The notes under the pieces are model-generated. The model searched no databases and was not told where the DNA came from. It worked only from the letters and a program-made list of their open reading frames with translations. The translations under genes and the position numbers were made by a program. A stretch of DNA of 64,000 nucleotides, from positions 68,634,001-68,698,000 of the forward strand of contig OX597822.1 of the NCBI GenBank assembly GCA_951406725.2, given 5' to 3'. How positions within the stretch are numbered: the first letter of the stretch is position 1; each line of letters opens with the position of its first letter. The stretch comes from Octopus vulgaris. Lineage: Eukaryota. This document shows, in pieces, positions 1 to 13,864 of this stretch.

Positions 1-116
1 TGGGTGGGATGGTTTCATAAGAGCCGGTTAGGCCGAAGCCTGCACCAGACTTCTGTGAATGTTTTGGCAGGATTTTTACAGCTGGATGCCCTTCCTAACA
101 TGTGTGTGTGTGTGTA

Positions 117-261
117 TAAGAGGCCGACCAAGAACCCGCTGGCTTGACACCATCAAGAGTGATACCGGAATGGACATAGCCAATCTGAAAGAAGCGGTCC
201 AGGATAGAACTGACTGGAGGAAACTGATCCAACGAGTAACTGAGAGTCGACTTTGACTGAG

Positions 262-266
<5 letters not shown>
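117..266 (+). mobile_element. RTE-type LINE 3' fragment
   Basis: Translates to RGRPRTRWLDTIKSD...AVQDRTDWRKLIQRV, a typical RTE C-terminus, and sits between microsatellites. Confidence 0.8.
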
Positions 267-312
<46 letters not shown>

Positions 313-868
313 TGCTTGAGTTATCTAAAAGATCATGAGTCAGGGAGAAGATGCACTCATCATGCTCATTTCTACCTCCAAGAGTGGAAGTGAAGCCAGT
401 CAGGCAGCGCTAGCATCAGCCACACTCAAAATTATGTAGAAAAAATTTTTCCAAAACTTTTTTTTGCTGATATGCCCATCTGATGAATGCTTGTTTGGTG
501 AAAGACCAAAAGAAATGAAACAGTCATCAACTTCAATAATAATAAATATACCCTACTACTTGTATTGGGTACTCTATAGTTTGCTCATAATACTACTTGC
601 AAACATACACAAACATCCAAACACTAGTGTGTGTGTTAAGTATAGTGATCTGCAACTGTCTCAGAGAAAGAGGTTCTGTTTTACAAAGTTTTTCATAAAG
701 TGGTCATCTGTTCTGTAGTTGTTTTGTATTTGACTGTGTTTGATGTACTTGTCGTTTTGTGTTTATGTTTGTATCAGTGTATGGCTTGATCTATTAGTTT
801 GTAAGAAAAGCCATTGTTGATTAGGTGTATAAGGGCGTGGTAGTTCACTTGAAGCATTGTAATACTGA

Positions 869-1193
869 AGAAAGTAAAAAGAGGGAAAATAGAAAGTTTC
901 CGACAATGCAGTGAGTTTAATATATAACCTATATATTTCAGGCTCAAAGGTCCATCTTCAGAAAAAAAGAAGAGAAAAACAATCTGAGAAAAGCCCAGTT
1001 ATGTAGGTCCCATTAACCAATTCAAATTCCCTAACATTAGAGAATTTGAATGAGTTAACAGAACCTACGCAACTGGACTTTTCTCAGGCTGTTTTTTATC
1101 TTCTGAAGATGGGCCTTTGCACCTGAAATATAAGGATTTTATTAAACTTTCCACATTGTTAGAAACTTCCTATTTTCTCTCTTTTTACTTTCT
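869..1193. repeat. Imperfect palindrome (about 160-bp arms) with a decayed hammerhead-like core in each arm
   Basis: Centre near 1035. CTGAAGA-TGGGCCTTTGCACCT-GAAAT at 1103-1129 (+) and its mirror at 935-961 (-). Confidence 0.75.
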
Positions 1194-1309
1194 CCAATTA
1201 TGTGTTCGTTTTATTCTGTGAATTTCTCTATAGATAATCTTTCATTAGTGAAGGAAAATCTAAATATTCTTCTAGGTATATCTTTGACATCTTATATATG
1301 TGTGTATCT

Positions 1310-1765
1310 ATAAGTCTTTAAGCACCAATCTCTTCAATGGTACCATCCTGCCTATGTTCTTATACGCAAGGGAGATGTGATCCACTACAAAGAGGGAAGA
1401 ATATAAATTGGCTACAATGTAAAGAACCATGGAAAGATATACACAAAGAATAACACTGCAAGAGCTTATCCAAAATGAGGCAATCTGAGAATGGAATGGA
1501 ATGAACGATGTAATCACAGAAAACCAAAAGAAAAAAGTTCCATGGAGCCAGACATGTCACAAGGTTCACAGACAACAAGTGGATCTATGCTGTTGCTGAG
1601 TGGCATCCAAGTGATCGGAAAAGGCTGCTTGGAAGGCATCCATAATGATGGACGATGATTTAGTTAAATGATATAGGCCAAGATGGAAAAGACGGATGTG
1701 ATCAAAGAAGAACTCGAAGTATACTGTGGCCAGTAATGTGTAACAACATACAATAGTTTGGTTGA
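1310..1765 (+). mobile_element. Decayed RTE-type LINE 3' fragment
   Basis: Interrupted frame reading LPMFLYAREM*STTKREEYKLATM*RTMER, resembling the post-RT region of RTE elements. Confidence 0.6.
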
Positions 1766-2444
1766 TACGGGTGATATAAGCATAAACATGTGTGCCTTTA
1801 ATGTAAACCGACATGTGGTATCTATATTGTTGATTTTAATATTTAGGGGTAAAAATGGAATATTGCATTGTTAACAGTTTTATTTCTGCTGGTCTGGACA
1901 TTGAATTTTAGTTCAGATTAGTTAAATAAATACCTGACTGATGATGTAATACATCTAGTGCTCAATATTCAAATTTCATCAATTTGAATTGGCTCTGCTA
2001 ATAACAAAAACATAGCAACACACACCAACATCATTCCATCTTGAAGATGGGACTATGAAGGTCCAGGAACATTGAAGATTGATTTAGGAACTTTACTGTT
2101 CCAAATAAACTGAAATTAATTCATGTGAAAATATGAATAAAGATAGAAAGAAAGAAGACTTGGTATAAAAAATAATAAATAGAGCACCGTTGCATTTGCA
2201 ATACATGAGTATGTATCTTTTGGCAATATATACCAGTATTGGTACATTTGAAATGAAGCCTGTTGTGATATTTGTTCTGTGCTAAGTCACAGATACTCCC
2301 TTGCTGTTCTCACTATCAGAAATGTAATTTACTAATGATTGGGCTCCTTGGAAACTGTAACTAGCAATGCTATTATTCTTAATATATATATACATATATA
2401 CACACACACATATGTATACATATATGTATACATATATGTGTGTA

Positions 2445-2830
2445 TTCTTTTACTTGTGTCAGTCTTTTGACTGTGGCCATGCTGGATCACTGCCTTTAGT
2501 CAAACAAATCAACCCCAGGACTTATTCTTTGGAAGCCTAGTACTTATTCTATCAGTTTCTTTTGCTGAACCGCTAAGTTACAGGGACGTAAACACATCAC
2601 CATCGGTTGTCAAGCGATGTTGGGGGACAAACACAGACACACAAACATATATATACATATATATTCATATATATGACGGGCTTCTTCCAGTTTCCGTCTA
2701 CCAAATCCACTCACAAGGCTTTGGTCGGCCCGAGGCTATAGTAGAAGACAAGAAGACACTTGCCCAAGGTGCCACGCAGTGGGACTGAACCCGGAATCAT
2801 GTGTTTGGTAAGAAAGCTACTTACCACATA
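2445..2830 (-). mobile_element. SINE family A copy
   Basis: Reverse complement of 43773-44150. Confidence 0.85.
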
Positions 2831-2879
2831 TATATAATATATATATATATATATACACACACACATATGTATATACATA

Positions 2880-2924
<45 letters not shown>

Positions 2925-3633
2925 CACACACACACACACATGCATACATTACTATTTCTTTATTCACTTAATCATTTCCATCAAGTGACCCAAGGTGATG
3001 AAAGACAAAGTGAATTCCAGGAGATTTTGAACTTCAGAAGCTAGAGAGACAGAGAGAGACAAAACTCAATGCCGCAATACAGTTAAGCCAGATTTAAATC
3101 TACTGCTACAGCTCTCTTTTCATTTTTGCCAATTCACCATCCTACCTAACCTTAAAAACAATTATCACTTAGTGTTTAGAAAGGTAAAAAAAAAAAAAAA
3201 AAAAAAAGAGAGATACAACAAAAGAACCAGAAGATGAGAGACAAAAAAATAACAATAACAACAACAACAATAGCATGCAACAGAAAACAAAAAGCTAGAA
3301 GAGTTTTCAAGTGGATTACTATAAATTTGTAATCGCAGACAACTATAAACTGATTTGAAGTGTGAAGCAGCTGGATAGACCAACCCAGGTTTGCTGCGAT
3401 AGACAACCAACAGCAGTAGAGTATTTTACATGGTATGGCTTTCATAAAAGGATTATTCCTACAGCTAGGAAGATTAAAGCATTAATTCTGGTAATTTTAG
3501 AATTAATCCAATAATTCAACCAGAGTAGATATAGTCTTAACAGGGGTTGTGTGTGCGGGGCACGGGTGTGAGGAGGGGGAGAGGATTAAGGATAATGGTG
3601 ATGAAGAAGAGGAATGAGTAGAATAATACATAC

Positions 3634-3665
<32 letters not shown>

Positions 3666-4974
3666 GTGTGTATGTATGTATGTATATGCCTTAATATTCA
3701 ACAAAAATACTGAAGAACAGAGAGAGGGGGGGGGCTGATGACAATTATATTATTCCACTATCAAACTATGTAAAATTTAAGAACTGCAGTACGGTGCTTT
3801 TAGAGCAACCGACCAGTTGACAAGATCAATTCCAAGCCAAACCAAACAATATACAATGAACATATTTATTTATTTATGACTACCTGTCTGCTTTTAAGAT
3901 GGGCTATAGATGGAGTTGCACTGATTAAAATATTTCTGGCCAGCACAAGGTGTGTGTGTGTGTGTGTGTGTGTCTGTGAGAGAGAGAGAGTAAACAGCTA
4001 TAACTCTCAATCTTTGTTGCCATTCTAACAACCAAATAGGATAATGCTTGTTGTGTGTACAGTTCAGAAATCAGCCAATCAACTTGAACATATCTAAATA
4101 GTTACAACTACAAAAAAAAAACACACACACACACAAGAAGAAAAAGTTAAAAGAAACAAAAAACCCCGCTAAGGAAAATACTGTTCTCACACATACACAT
4201 AGACAAAGCTTACAACACCACAGAGTAGTAAGTTACAAAAACAAAAAAAAAATGTTTTGAAAGAATAAGATGAAAATAGAAGTTTCCTTTTAACAATAGA
4301 GAAGGGGTGATAGCAGGTGAGAAAATAAATCTGAAAATAAACACATGAAATGCATCAACCATTGTCATTATTGTAAGTGGTATAATAAAAGCAGTAAGCT
4401 GGCAGAATTGTTAGCATGTTGGACGAAAATGCTTAGTGGCATTTTTTTCCAGCTTTACATTCTGAGTTCAAATTCCACCAGGGTCGATTTTTACCTTTCA
4501 TGTATTTTCAGGATTGATAAAATAAGTATGCGTTGTGCAATGTCATCAACTAGGTCTCCCCCACAAAATTTCAGGCCTGGGTCCAGTAGTAGAAAGAATT
4601 ATTAAGGGTAGAATAGAACAGCGGAGGAGAGAATTGGTGCAGTGACAGACAAAATGTATTATGTTATTTGGGGCAATTACATCCCATTATGTTCTGAGTC
4701 CAAATCTCTTCAGAGTTGAATTCAACCTTTAATCATTCAAAGGCTGAGAGGATCAGTTAAACGGATTACACCTCTATCCATAATTTATGGCATTGAGCCT
4801 ATGTTGGAAATCATTATTAATCCAGATGGAGAAATGGTAGTAACAGTTTAGTAACACAGACAAGTTACCTATTCATATTTAGTTCAACCCTTTACATTCT
4901 GAGGTCAAATCCCACTGAAGATGATTTTGCAGTTACCTTCACTGCACCAAGATTGATAAAATAAGTACCACATG

Positions 4975-5400
4975 CAGTGCTGGATTAATCATTAAGCAAA
5001 ATAAGCACATGTTTAGGCATCAAGGGAAGTGGGGGTGGGGGCACTACAGAAATGGTAGATGGTTTACGGCACAAAAGAAATCACTTTAAACTTTCTAAAA
5101 TAATATTCAGGATGCCTTTGTCTCTACTAAGTATAGATGCAGATGTGTTACTGAAGATTAATTTCGAGGATCTGATCAAAGACTTTGCAATTCAAAAAAG
5201 AAGGAGGAAACTTTTCAAATATAAATAAAGTGAAAGTATACAAAAATAAATTTTCCCCTCTTACTGTTTTGTTTCGTCTTCAAAAATAAAAAATTATTTT
5301 ATGGTTTGTTATTGTTTATATTTTGAATTACATAATCTTTTTTGGGGGCACCAAAATCTTTTAAGTGCTTAGGGCTTTGATGAGTCTTAATTTGGCCCTT
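4975..5400. mobile_element. Probable hAT-like MITE
   Basis: Degenerate TIRs CAGTGCTGGATTAA / TTAATTTGGCCCTT with GC-rich subterminal tracts. Confidence 0.45.
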
Positions 5401-5404
5401 ACTA

Positions 5405-5741
5405 CAGGGCTGTCTTAGTAGCATGATATGCCCTCAGGTAAATCAATGCACTGAGCCCTATGGTTAGTCCACATTACTCCATAAGGAGCATAGGGCCAGT
5501 TTCCTGGTTACTCTGGCATATATTTGATTCCCTGGATGGGATGCCAGTCTGTCGCAGGATTACTCATTCACAGGAATCGAAACCACAATCTTAGGATCAT
5601 GAATCCAACACCCTAACCACTAAGCCAGGGGCCCTATACTATTTATTTCTTGACAGCAAACCACAAACATACATAGATCAAAAGTGGGCCCCTGGAATGT
5701 AGGGTAACTGCGCAATGTACCCATACGTTAAGATAGCACAG
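5405..5741. mobile_element. Probable hAT-like MITE interrupted by a SINE (about 5490-5632)
   Basis: Degenerate TIRs CAGGGCTGTCTTAG / TTAAGATAGCACAG. Confidence 0.4.
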
Positions 5742-5828
5742 ACCACACGTGTCCACATTGACTAAGTCAACTGGTTCTCTTCTATAAACTCTTAATCATG
5801 TACCAATATTAAAATTAATCATCATAAT

Positions 5829-5884
<56 letters not shown>

Positions 5885-6109
5885 TAATAATAATAATCTT
5901 TTCTAGTTAAGGCACAAGGCCTGAAATTTAGGGGGAAGAGACAATGCAATTACATCGACCCCAGTACATGACTGGTACTTAATTTACCAAACCCAAAAGG
6001 ATGAAAGGCAAAGTCGACCCCGGCGGAATTTGAACTCTGAATGTGAAGACAGACAAAATGTTGCTAAGTATTTTGTCCGGCACAGCAACAATTCTGCCAG
6101 CTCACCACC

Positions 6110-6204
6110 TTTGTTGTTGTTGTTGTTGTGGTGGTGGTGGTGGTGGTGGTGGTGGTAGTAGTAGTGGTGGTAGTGGTAGTAGTAGTAGTAGTAGTAGTGG
6201 TGTG

Positions 6205-6281
<77 letters not shown>

Positions 6282-6282
6282 C
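6110..6282. repeat. Compound (GTT)n/(GGT)n/(AGT)n microsatellite
   Basis: Read directly; similar tracts at 16385-16446 and 39888-40038. Confidence 0.95.
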
Positions 6283-6601
6283 ATTGTCATAGTAGTGAGG
6301 ACTGAGTTTTTCGTATTCACGCTACACTCCTGGATGAGAAAAACATTGTAAGAATTCCGACAAAACTTCCTTTGAATAGCAAACAAGGTGAAGGCGGTGA
6401 ACTGGCAGAATTGTTACCATCCCAAGAAAATGCTTGGCAGCATTTTGTCCACATTTACATTCTGAGTTCAAATCCCACCAAGACCAACTTTGCCTTTCAT
6501 CCTTTTGAGGTCGATAAAGTAAGTACCAGTCAAAGACTAAGATCAATGTTATTGACTACCCCAAGCCCCAGAACTTCAGGCTTAGAACTTAAAGTAGAAA
6601 G

Positions 6602-6637
<36 letters not shown>

Positions 6638-9600
6638 GTTATTAATATTATTTATTACCATCATCATTAATATTATTTATTACCATCATCATTATTATTA
6701 TTATTACCATCATCATTATTATTATCTGTCTTTATATTCTGAGTTCAAACTTTGCTTTTCATCCATTCAGGGTTGATGAAATAAGTACCAGTTACACACT
6801 GGAGGAGGAGGTGTCGATCAAAATGACTTATCCGCACAAAATTTCAAGCTTTGTGCCTACAGTAGAAAGATCATCATCATTGTCGTCATCATCCTCATCG
6901 TGCTGAAGTGTGAGTTTTTGGTATTCATGCTACTCCCCTGGATGACAAACAGTGTAAGAATTCCAACAAAATTTCCTTTCAATAACAATTAAAGTGTAGA
7001 AAGTTATAGAAAAATAAAATTAATTTCAATCAGACATTCATAAGAAAGGCTGTTTTTCTATTTGTTGCCTATCAGAATATTTAGAAGATATTATATCATA
7101 TTTGATGGCACACTGTCATCCTAAAAAATATCTATAAAAAAAAACACCCTGGGTCGTTACATAAAACATTACTTTAGATATTACATAATTTAATGCTACA
7201 AAAACTTTTTTATCCTGAGTATGCACAGTGCTGCTGAAATTGGGTGTGTGTCTTTTTATGTCATCAAATATGGTAAAGAAGAATAAAAATTCTTTAACCA
7301 ATTGAAAGTACTAGGAATTGAAATGCCTAAATAAAAGGAGAAAGAAGATTGGTAATAAAATGAGAGAGAAGGGGTAGAAAGAGAGAGTGTGAGAGAGAGA
7401 AAGTTTTAAACAACTGATAAAGCTCACTTTACTTCGAGAAAATGAAAACCAAAGTCCAAAAAACCTAGCACTGGCCCACCTGCATCTGCAAAAGAAAGAC
7501 CCTGTCTAAAATGTCAGACACCTCCTGCCCACCGTCTCTCTACAGCATAAACATGTGTTAATTATAATAAAAACGACTTTCAAAGATCATACGTATAGTT
7601 GTCAGAAAGACTCGTTTTATATCTGTGCCAAAGTACAGGTGAGTATGGTGCGCACATGACTGCATGTGCATACAGGTATGAAGGCTCGTGCTATGTAAAA
7701 GACTGTACATTTTAGAAGTGGCTTAGTTCGAGACAATACAAGCTAGAGACAATGTCATTCTAAAAATGAAATATATACATATATATAAAAATATATAGGC
7801 AATATGCATAGATACATATTTTTAGTAGTTCGTAAAAATTATAGAATCTTGTTCAGCTTCTATGACGTTCAAGAAAATAAGATCTTTTAAAGGGAGTTTT
7901 TCCGAAGTTATAGGAGACTAGTGACTATAAATGTGTGAGTACTGGTGTCCTGAAACATGTTAATCAGGCCAATCAAATTTGTCAATATGACCTCTGGGGT
8001 AACAACACGCCTCATCGAAAATATCTCTCTGATAAAAAGGGAAAAAAAATATCTTTCTTTCTCTCTCTCTCTCCCTTTCACTCCACGCGCACACACACAC
8101 ACAAGCAGAAGTAAATTCTGAAGTAAACTTTAGAATTTGCCGCCATCACCAAATGTTCTCCCCGCCCACACACCATCAACTATAGGGAGTGGGGGAGCAG
8201 AGAGAAGAAATAATAGCCAAAGGAACAATGAAGTACCACTACTACATTTGGTTTTTTAAACTACCTATACAGGTTTCTAAGTTTTTAATAACAGAATGGG
8301 AACGCAGACGGAATATTGAAATAAAAATACATTTTTAAAAAAACCCTTGGCATAGAAGATATTTGTAATAAAATAATTAACTTCTAAGCTTCAATCAATT
8401 TTGAAAATAATCAAGAATTTGGGGAGTTTTGGCAAAATAACTAACTTTTATATTAATCAGTCTATTCATACAGGGCTTTGGAGTTTTTTGAGTTTTTTTT
8501 TTTTTTTTACAAAAGTTGTTACATAAAATTAAAATGGAAGATTTTAATGCAAACGTTCTAAAACTTTTTTTTTTTGGTTCGTAAGAACTAGGTGGGCTGA
8601 TATCAAAAGTCTTAGGAACAACATTTGAATTCAACTAGATTCTGGATTTTGGGGTTTGTTTGTTTTTTGCTTGTTTGTTTCTTGCATTTGAACGATTTAC
8701 AGGTGAGTTTTAAACTAAAAGACTGAAAAACTTGAAAAATCTAAAGAAACTGAAGAACTTAACCTGTTGGCACCACCAAGATTCCGAACCTAACAATGGA
8801 GCACAAAAAATTTCCAAAGTATTAAATCAAAAGAAACAGAAAAACAATGATGATGATGGCAATGACTTTTTACAAATGGAAATATTTTCTATTATTTTCA
8901 AAGATATTTTTCCTTTTAGGCTTAGTCTTAAACAAATAAATAAGACCCCCCCCCCCCGAATGTTCTTACTTGGAATTATTTTTTAAAAGAATGAAAAGAA
9001 ACTCTGGAACAAGACACATACACACACATTCACAGAATATAAAAGTACTATAAAGAAATTCATGAAATTAAAAATATATTTGGAATATTTGGTAGAAGTA
9101 GGGTACCATTCTGAGTAGTAATATCATTAATAATAATATATATGTGAAAAAGTTTTGGAATATATGTAAAAAGGTTTTTGAAAATTACAGTAGTAAAAAG
9201 GAAGAAATTAACTTCCAAAATAGATAAATTTTTTAAAAATTAATTAAGATCTTTTAAAAACTTTCAATAAAATTTCCTCATGTAAAAGTTACCAACACAT
9301 TATATTTAACGTATTTCAATGTATATACATGGGAAAATGTAAGTGGCGTATACATGCATGTGTATATTTCTGCATGTAATTATGTATATAGGTATGTGTA
9401 TGTGTGTTTACATGTAAAACTGTAATGGGAGGAAGGTGAAAAAACAATCTTATGATTATCAGTTTTAACAAAGATTTATCGTTATCGAAACAAAAATGAA
9501 AACACCCACAAAAAAATAAGCAATCGACCGAAAACTTGGCGTAAAAAATACCACCTTTTCTACAGGTAAGTACCATACACACATTAAAAAAAAAGGGGGG

Positions 9601-10179
9601 AAAAAGAACCAAAAGAGAAAGAAATACTTGAATATGTGAAAGTAAATCAAAAGGCAATAATTGACGTAGAATTAAAAGAAAGAAGAATTATAAAATCAGA
9701 CCCACCATGATGTAAAGTTCGAGGTATCCATATAAGCAGAGAAAATAAAGAAGTGAGCTCTTCTCAACAAATGCTATATTCCTTGTTTATAGTCACCACT
9801 ATCACCACCACCACCACCACACCACCACCACTGACAACACCATCATTACTACCACTACTACTGCAGTCACTGCCACTGCTGCTAGTTCAGTTACAACTAC
9901 TACAACCACTGCTGCTGCTGTGATTACTACTACAACTACTACTACTACTTCTACAACTACTGTTACAATCATTAACTACTTCTGAAACTTTTTTTTTCTT
10001 TTTCTTTTTTATCAGCCACAGCTGCCCAAGTAAAAATATTTTGATGAAGCTTCTAACATGGCTTAGTGAGGACACACCTGAGCAGGTAAATTATTACCCT
10101 CTTGCGGGAGAAGACAGGATAACTAGCTAGCAAAGCTTAGCTTAGATGGGAGTGAGTCCGAGGCCTTTTATACACTCAC

Positions 10180-10244
10180 CTGTATACATCTTGAGATGTC
10201 TGGTGTAGAAAACAGAGGGAGGCCATCTTAAAAGTCTTTAGCAT
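10180..10244 (-). CDS. Possible short first coding exon of an unidentified host gene (MLKTFKMASLCFLHQTSQDVY, phase-2 donor)
   Basis: In-frame ATGs at 10244 and 10226 run open into a consensus donor CAG|GTGAGT at 10180/10179, inside a transposon-poor island. No homology recognised. Confidence 0.25.
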
Positions 10245-10606
10245 ACCTTTACCATGCTCCTTGAGTCACCAGAACTTTCTCACTTCCTGTTTGTTCTCAG
10301 GGTAAAATGTCTGCTGCACTCCTATTTATCTTACCTTTTGTTTTCGCATTTATCACCTGCCACTAAGATATAAGTGTTAGGGCACACAAACACACACACA
10401 CACACACACATACACACAAACAAACAAGCAAACTAATTTTTTTTTTGTTTAAATATTTATTTTTAATTTATTTTATATATTGTTCCATACCAATTTCTCT
10501 ATGTTCCCTATCAACAGGGCTAATTTCTGCAAATTTTGGTCACATATTCACACACACACACACTTGTATGATATATGGAGATAGATAGACAGACAGACAG
10601 ATAGAC

Positions 10607-10665
<59 letters not shown>

Positions 10666-11111
10666 TAGATAGACAGATAGATATACACACATGTATACAT
10701 ATATAAATATATATATATATATACACACACACACATATTTGTATACATTTAGACACATACACACATATATCTGTATATATACGTGTGTGTGTATGTGTGT
10801 AAGGATGTATGTATGTACAGACATATGCTTACATATATATTGAGTGTATATACATACACACACATATACATAGTATATTGTACGAGGTTGTGTGTATATG
10901 TGCACACAGATATATGTGCGCATGCATGTGAATCTCTCCCTCGTTACTCTGAGTATTTCGCATCTGTACACTCATTCAACTTTCAGGTGATCAAGAAATC
11001 AATAAATATACAAAAGACTTGGCAGAAATTCCTCACCTTCAAACAAATAAATATACTCTACTACATTTATGTTCTTTCCTATTAGGACAGCCAAACATGC
11101 ATACATATAGA

Positions 11112-11312
11112 AAGAGGTGCCAAAGAGTTCCTGGCTTTAAGGCCCGGGTTAGAGGCCCGACCTTCTGGGTTCTTGTACAGGGTTTAGAAAAACTGAAGGA
11201 CTGCTACTATAAGTGTGAATCTGAGAGGGGAATATGTTGGATAAAATCATAATTAACTGGTCCTCCTGTATTATCTTTTACCCAAAGCTAGGCACTTTTC
11301 AACACTCCTTCG
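11112..11312 (+). mobile_element. Mariner-derived MITE (about 200 bp)
   Basis: TIR-like ends GGTGC..AAGAGTTCCTGGCTTT / AAAGCTAGGCACTTTTCAACAC; retains a transposase C-terminal remnant (GLEKLKDC..KC). Related copies at 11886 and 60150. Confidence 0.75.
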
Positions 11313-11511
11313 TGGACTGTTGGAGACTTTTTTTTCCTCATTCTTCCTTTTGCTTTAAACTTTCCTAGGTCTCCTGTTTCCACTGAAGAGCTTTGCTCGA
11401 AGTGTAAAACAACCACTCTTACTTTCCTTCTCTGAGTATCTTATTAATACTTTACACGTACCAAGTTTTCGTGTTGTTTTTTCTTGTCTTTTTTCTCCAT
11501 TTTTTTTATCA

Positions 11512-11548
<37 letters not shown>

Positions 11549-11585
11549 CAAATGAAAGACAGAAGATGGAATATACGAGAATATA

Positions 11586-11701
11586 TTATTAATCACAACA
11601 ATTGTTTCGACACATCTAGGCATTGACTCTTCTTGTGGGACGCACAAAACTGGTTCAGGAGTATCCAGTGGTGCAGACGTATCTCATCGGGTGATAAATA
11701 A
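11586..11701 (-). ncRNA. Type I hammerhead-like ribozyme with a U4C core variant and long stem II insert
   Basis: Minus strand reads TTATTTATCAC CCGATGA GATACGTCT...AGATGTGTC GAAA C-AATT-G TT GTGATTAATAA. Stem I pairs 10 of 11, stem II has 9 bp, AACAATTGTT is palindromic, and the triplet is GUU. Confidence 0.72.
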
Positions 11702-11885
11702 ATTAAAAAAACTCGTTAAATGACTGTTCCATAATGCAACTTTCCTTTTTGTGGAGAGAAAAACAGCCAAACAGAGGAAAATTCTTCATATATAGAGAAG
11801 ATCCAAAAATAAAATTGTAGAAGACAAAAAGAGAAACGAACACTAAATACAGTGAGAAAAGTACACACACTCACACACACACATG

Positions 11886-12087
11886 ATGGGGTGCTGAAAA
11901 GTTCTTGTTTTAAGGGTAACACGAAATGACCTGGTTGGAGGCCCAAACTTCTGAGTTCTTTTACAGGGCTTAGAGAAACTGAAGGACCACTATAATAAGT
12001 GTGTGAATCTGAGAGGGGAATATGTTGACTAAAATCATAATTAACTGATCCTCCTGTGTTTTCTTTTATACCTTTCAGCACCTCCTT
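11886..12087 (+). mobile_element. Mariner-derived MITE, second copy
   Basis: GGTGCTGAAAAG...CTTTCAGCACC termini; body matches 11112-11312. Confidence 0.75.
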
Positions 12088-12947
12088 GTATATAGAGTTG
12101 TGCGGTTAAGAAGTTCAGTCTGCATCCATGTTGGGTTGGGTTCACTCCCACTGCCCGGCACATTGGACAAATGTCTTCTATTATAGTTCTGGGCCAGCCA
12201 AAGCCCTGTGCATTTCTATCTATGAATTTCATAGATAGAAATTGCATGGCAGCTCGTCATGTGTGTATGTGTGTGTATGTAGTTGTGTGTGTATATTTGT
12301 AGCTGTGAGTGAATGTGGTGGTGTGTGCATGTCTGTGTCTTTGTGCCTGTGTTTGTCTTCTTCATCATTTGACAATTGGTGTCGGTTTGTTTACATCCAC
12401 ATGTCTAAGCAGCTCAGCAAAAGAGACCAGTAGAATAAATACCAAACTTCCAATAAGTACTGGGGGGGTTCATCTGTTTGGCTAAAAAAAGGCGGTGCTC
12501 CAGCATGGCTGCAGTCCAATAAATGAAACAAGTAAAAGATAAAAGGTATGTGGGGGGGGGGGAGAATGTGTGTGTGTTTCTACATTATTCTGTATCAATA
12601 AGTCTTCATCCAATCCATACCAACAGAGAAAAACGAACATAAGAATTAGATATCCAACCCATGTTGCATGGTGAGTTAAACAAAAATTTATTGAAGCAGT
12701 ATGTTATAGCTAGATGCCTTTCCTGTCATCAAACCTTGCATGTTTGTTTGGGTTTTTATTTATTTATTTTTTTTCAAGTAAAAGATTTTTTTTTCCTGCC
12801 TGTTTTCACAAGTCACAGAACTGCAGAACATATTGGAACGTATGGGAAATATAGACATGACATTATTGTTTTGTTCAACTATCTCATCCAAAGATATGCA
12901 GGATATATGCATTCATGCATGTGTGCTCACACACACACATATATATG

Positions 12948-13012
<65 letters not shown>

Positions 13013-13093
13013 GAATGTCCTGTCCGTGTTTATTGTATTGTTTTCTTGAGTTATACGTTCTTGTCCATGTTGTATTTTTCTACATACCTTAAC

Positions 13094-13704
<611 letters not shown>

Positions 13705-13826
13705 TATATACATACATGTGTGTAACAAATCCAAAAAACAAAGAACAAATGCAAAAAAACCAACACGAGAACGTGGTACATATAAAGTATTAGCAGACGC
13801 TCAGGGAAGGAAAGAAAGGTGGTTTA

Positions 13827-13864
<38 letters not shown>

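Noticed and set aside
6043-6776. Poly-G/S/V, poly-T/L/P and poly-L/H/Y ORFs (also 39671-40188)
   Set aside because: These are trinucleotide microsatellites flanked by SINE B sequence.
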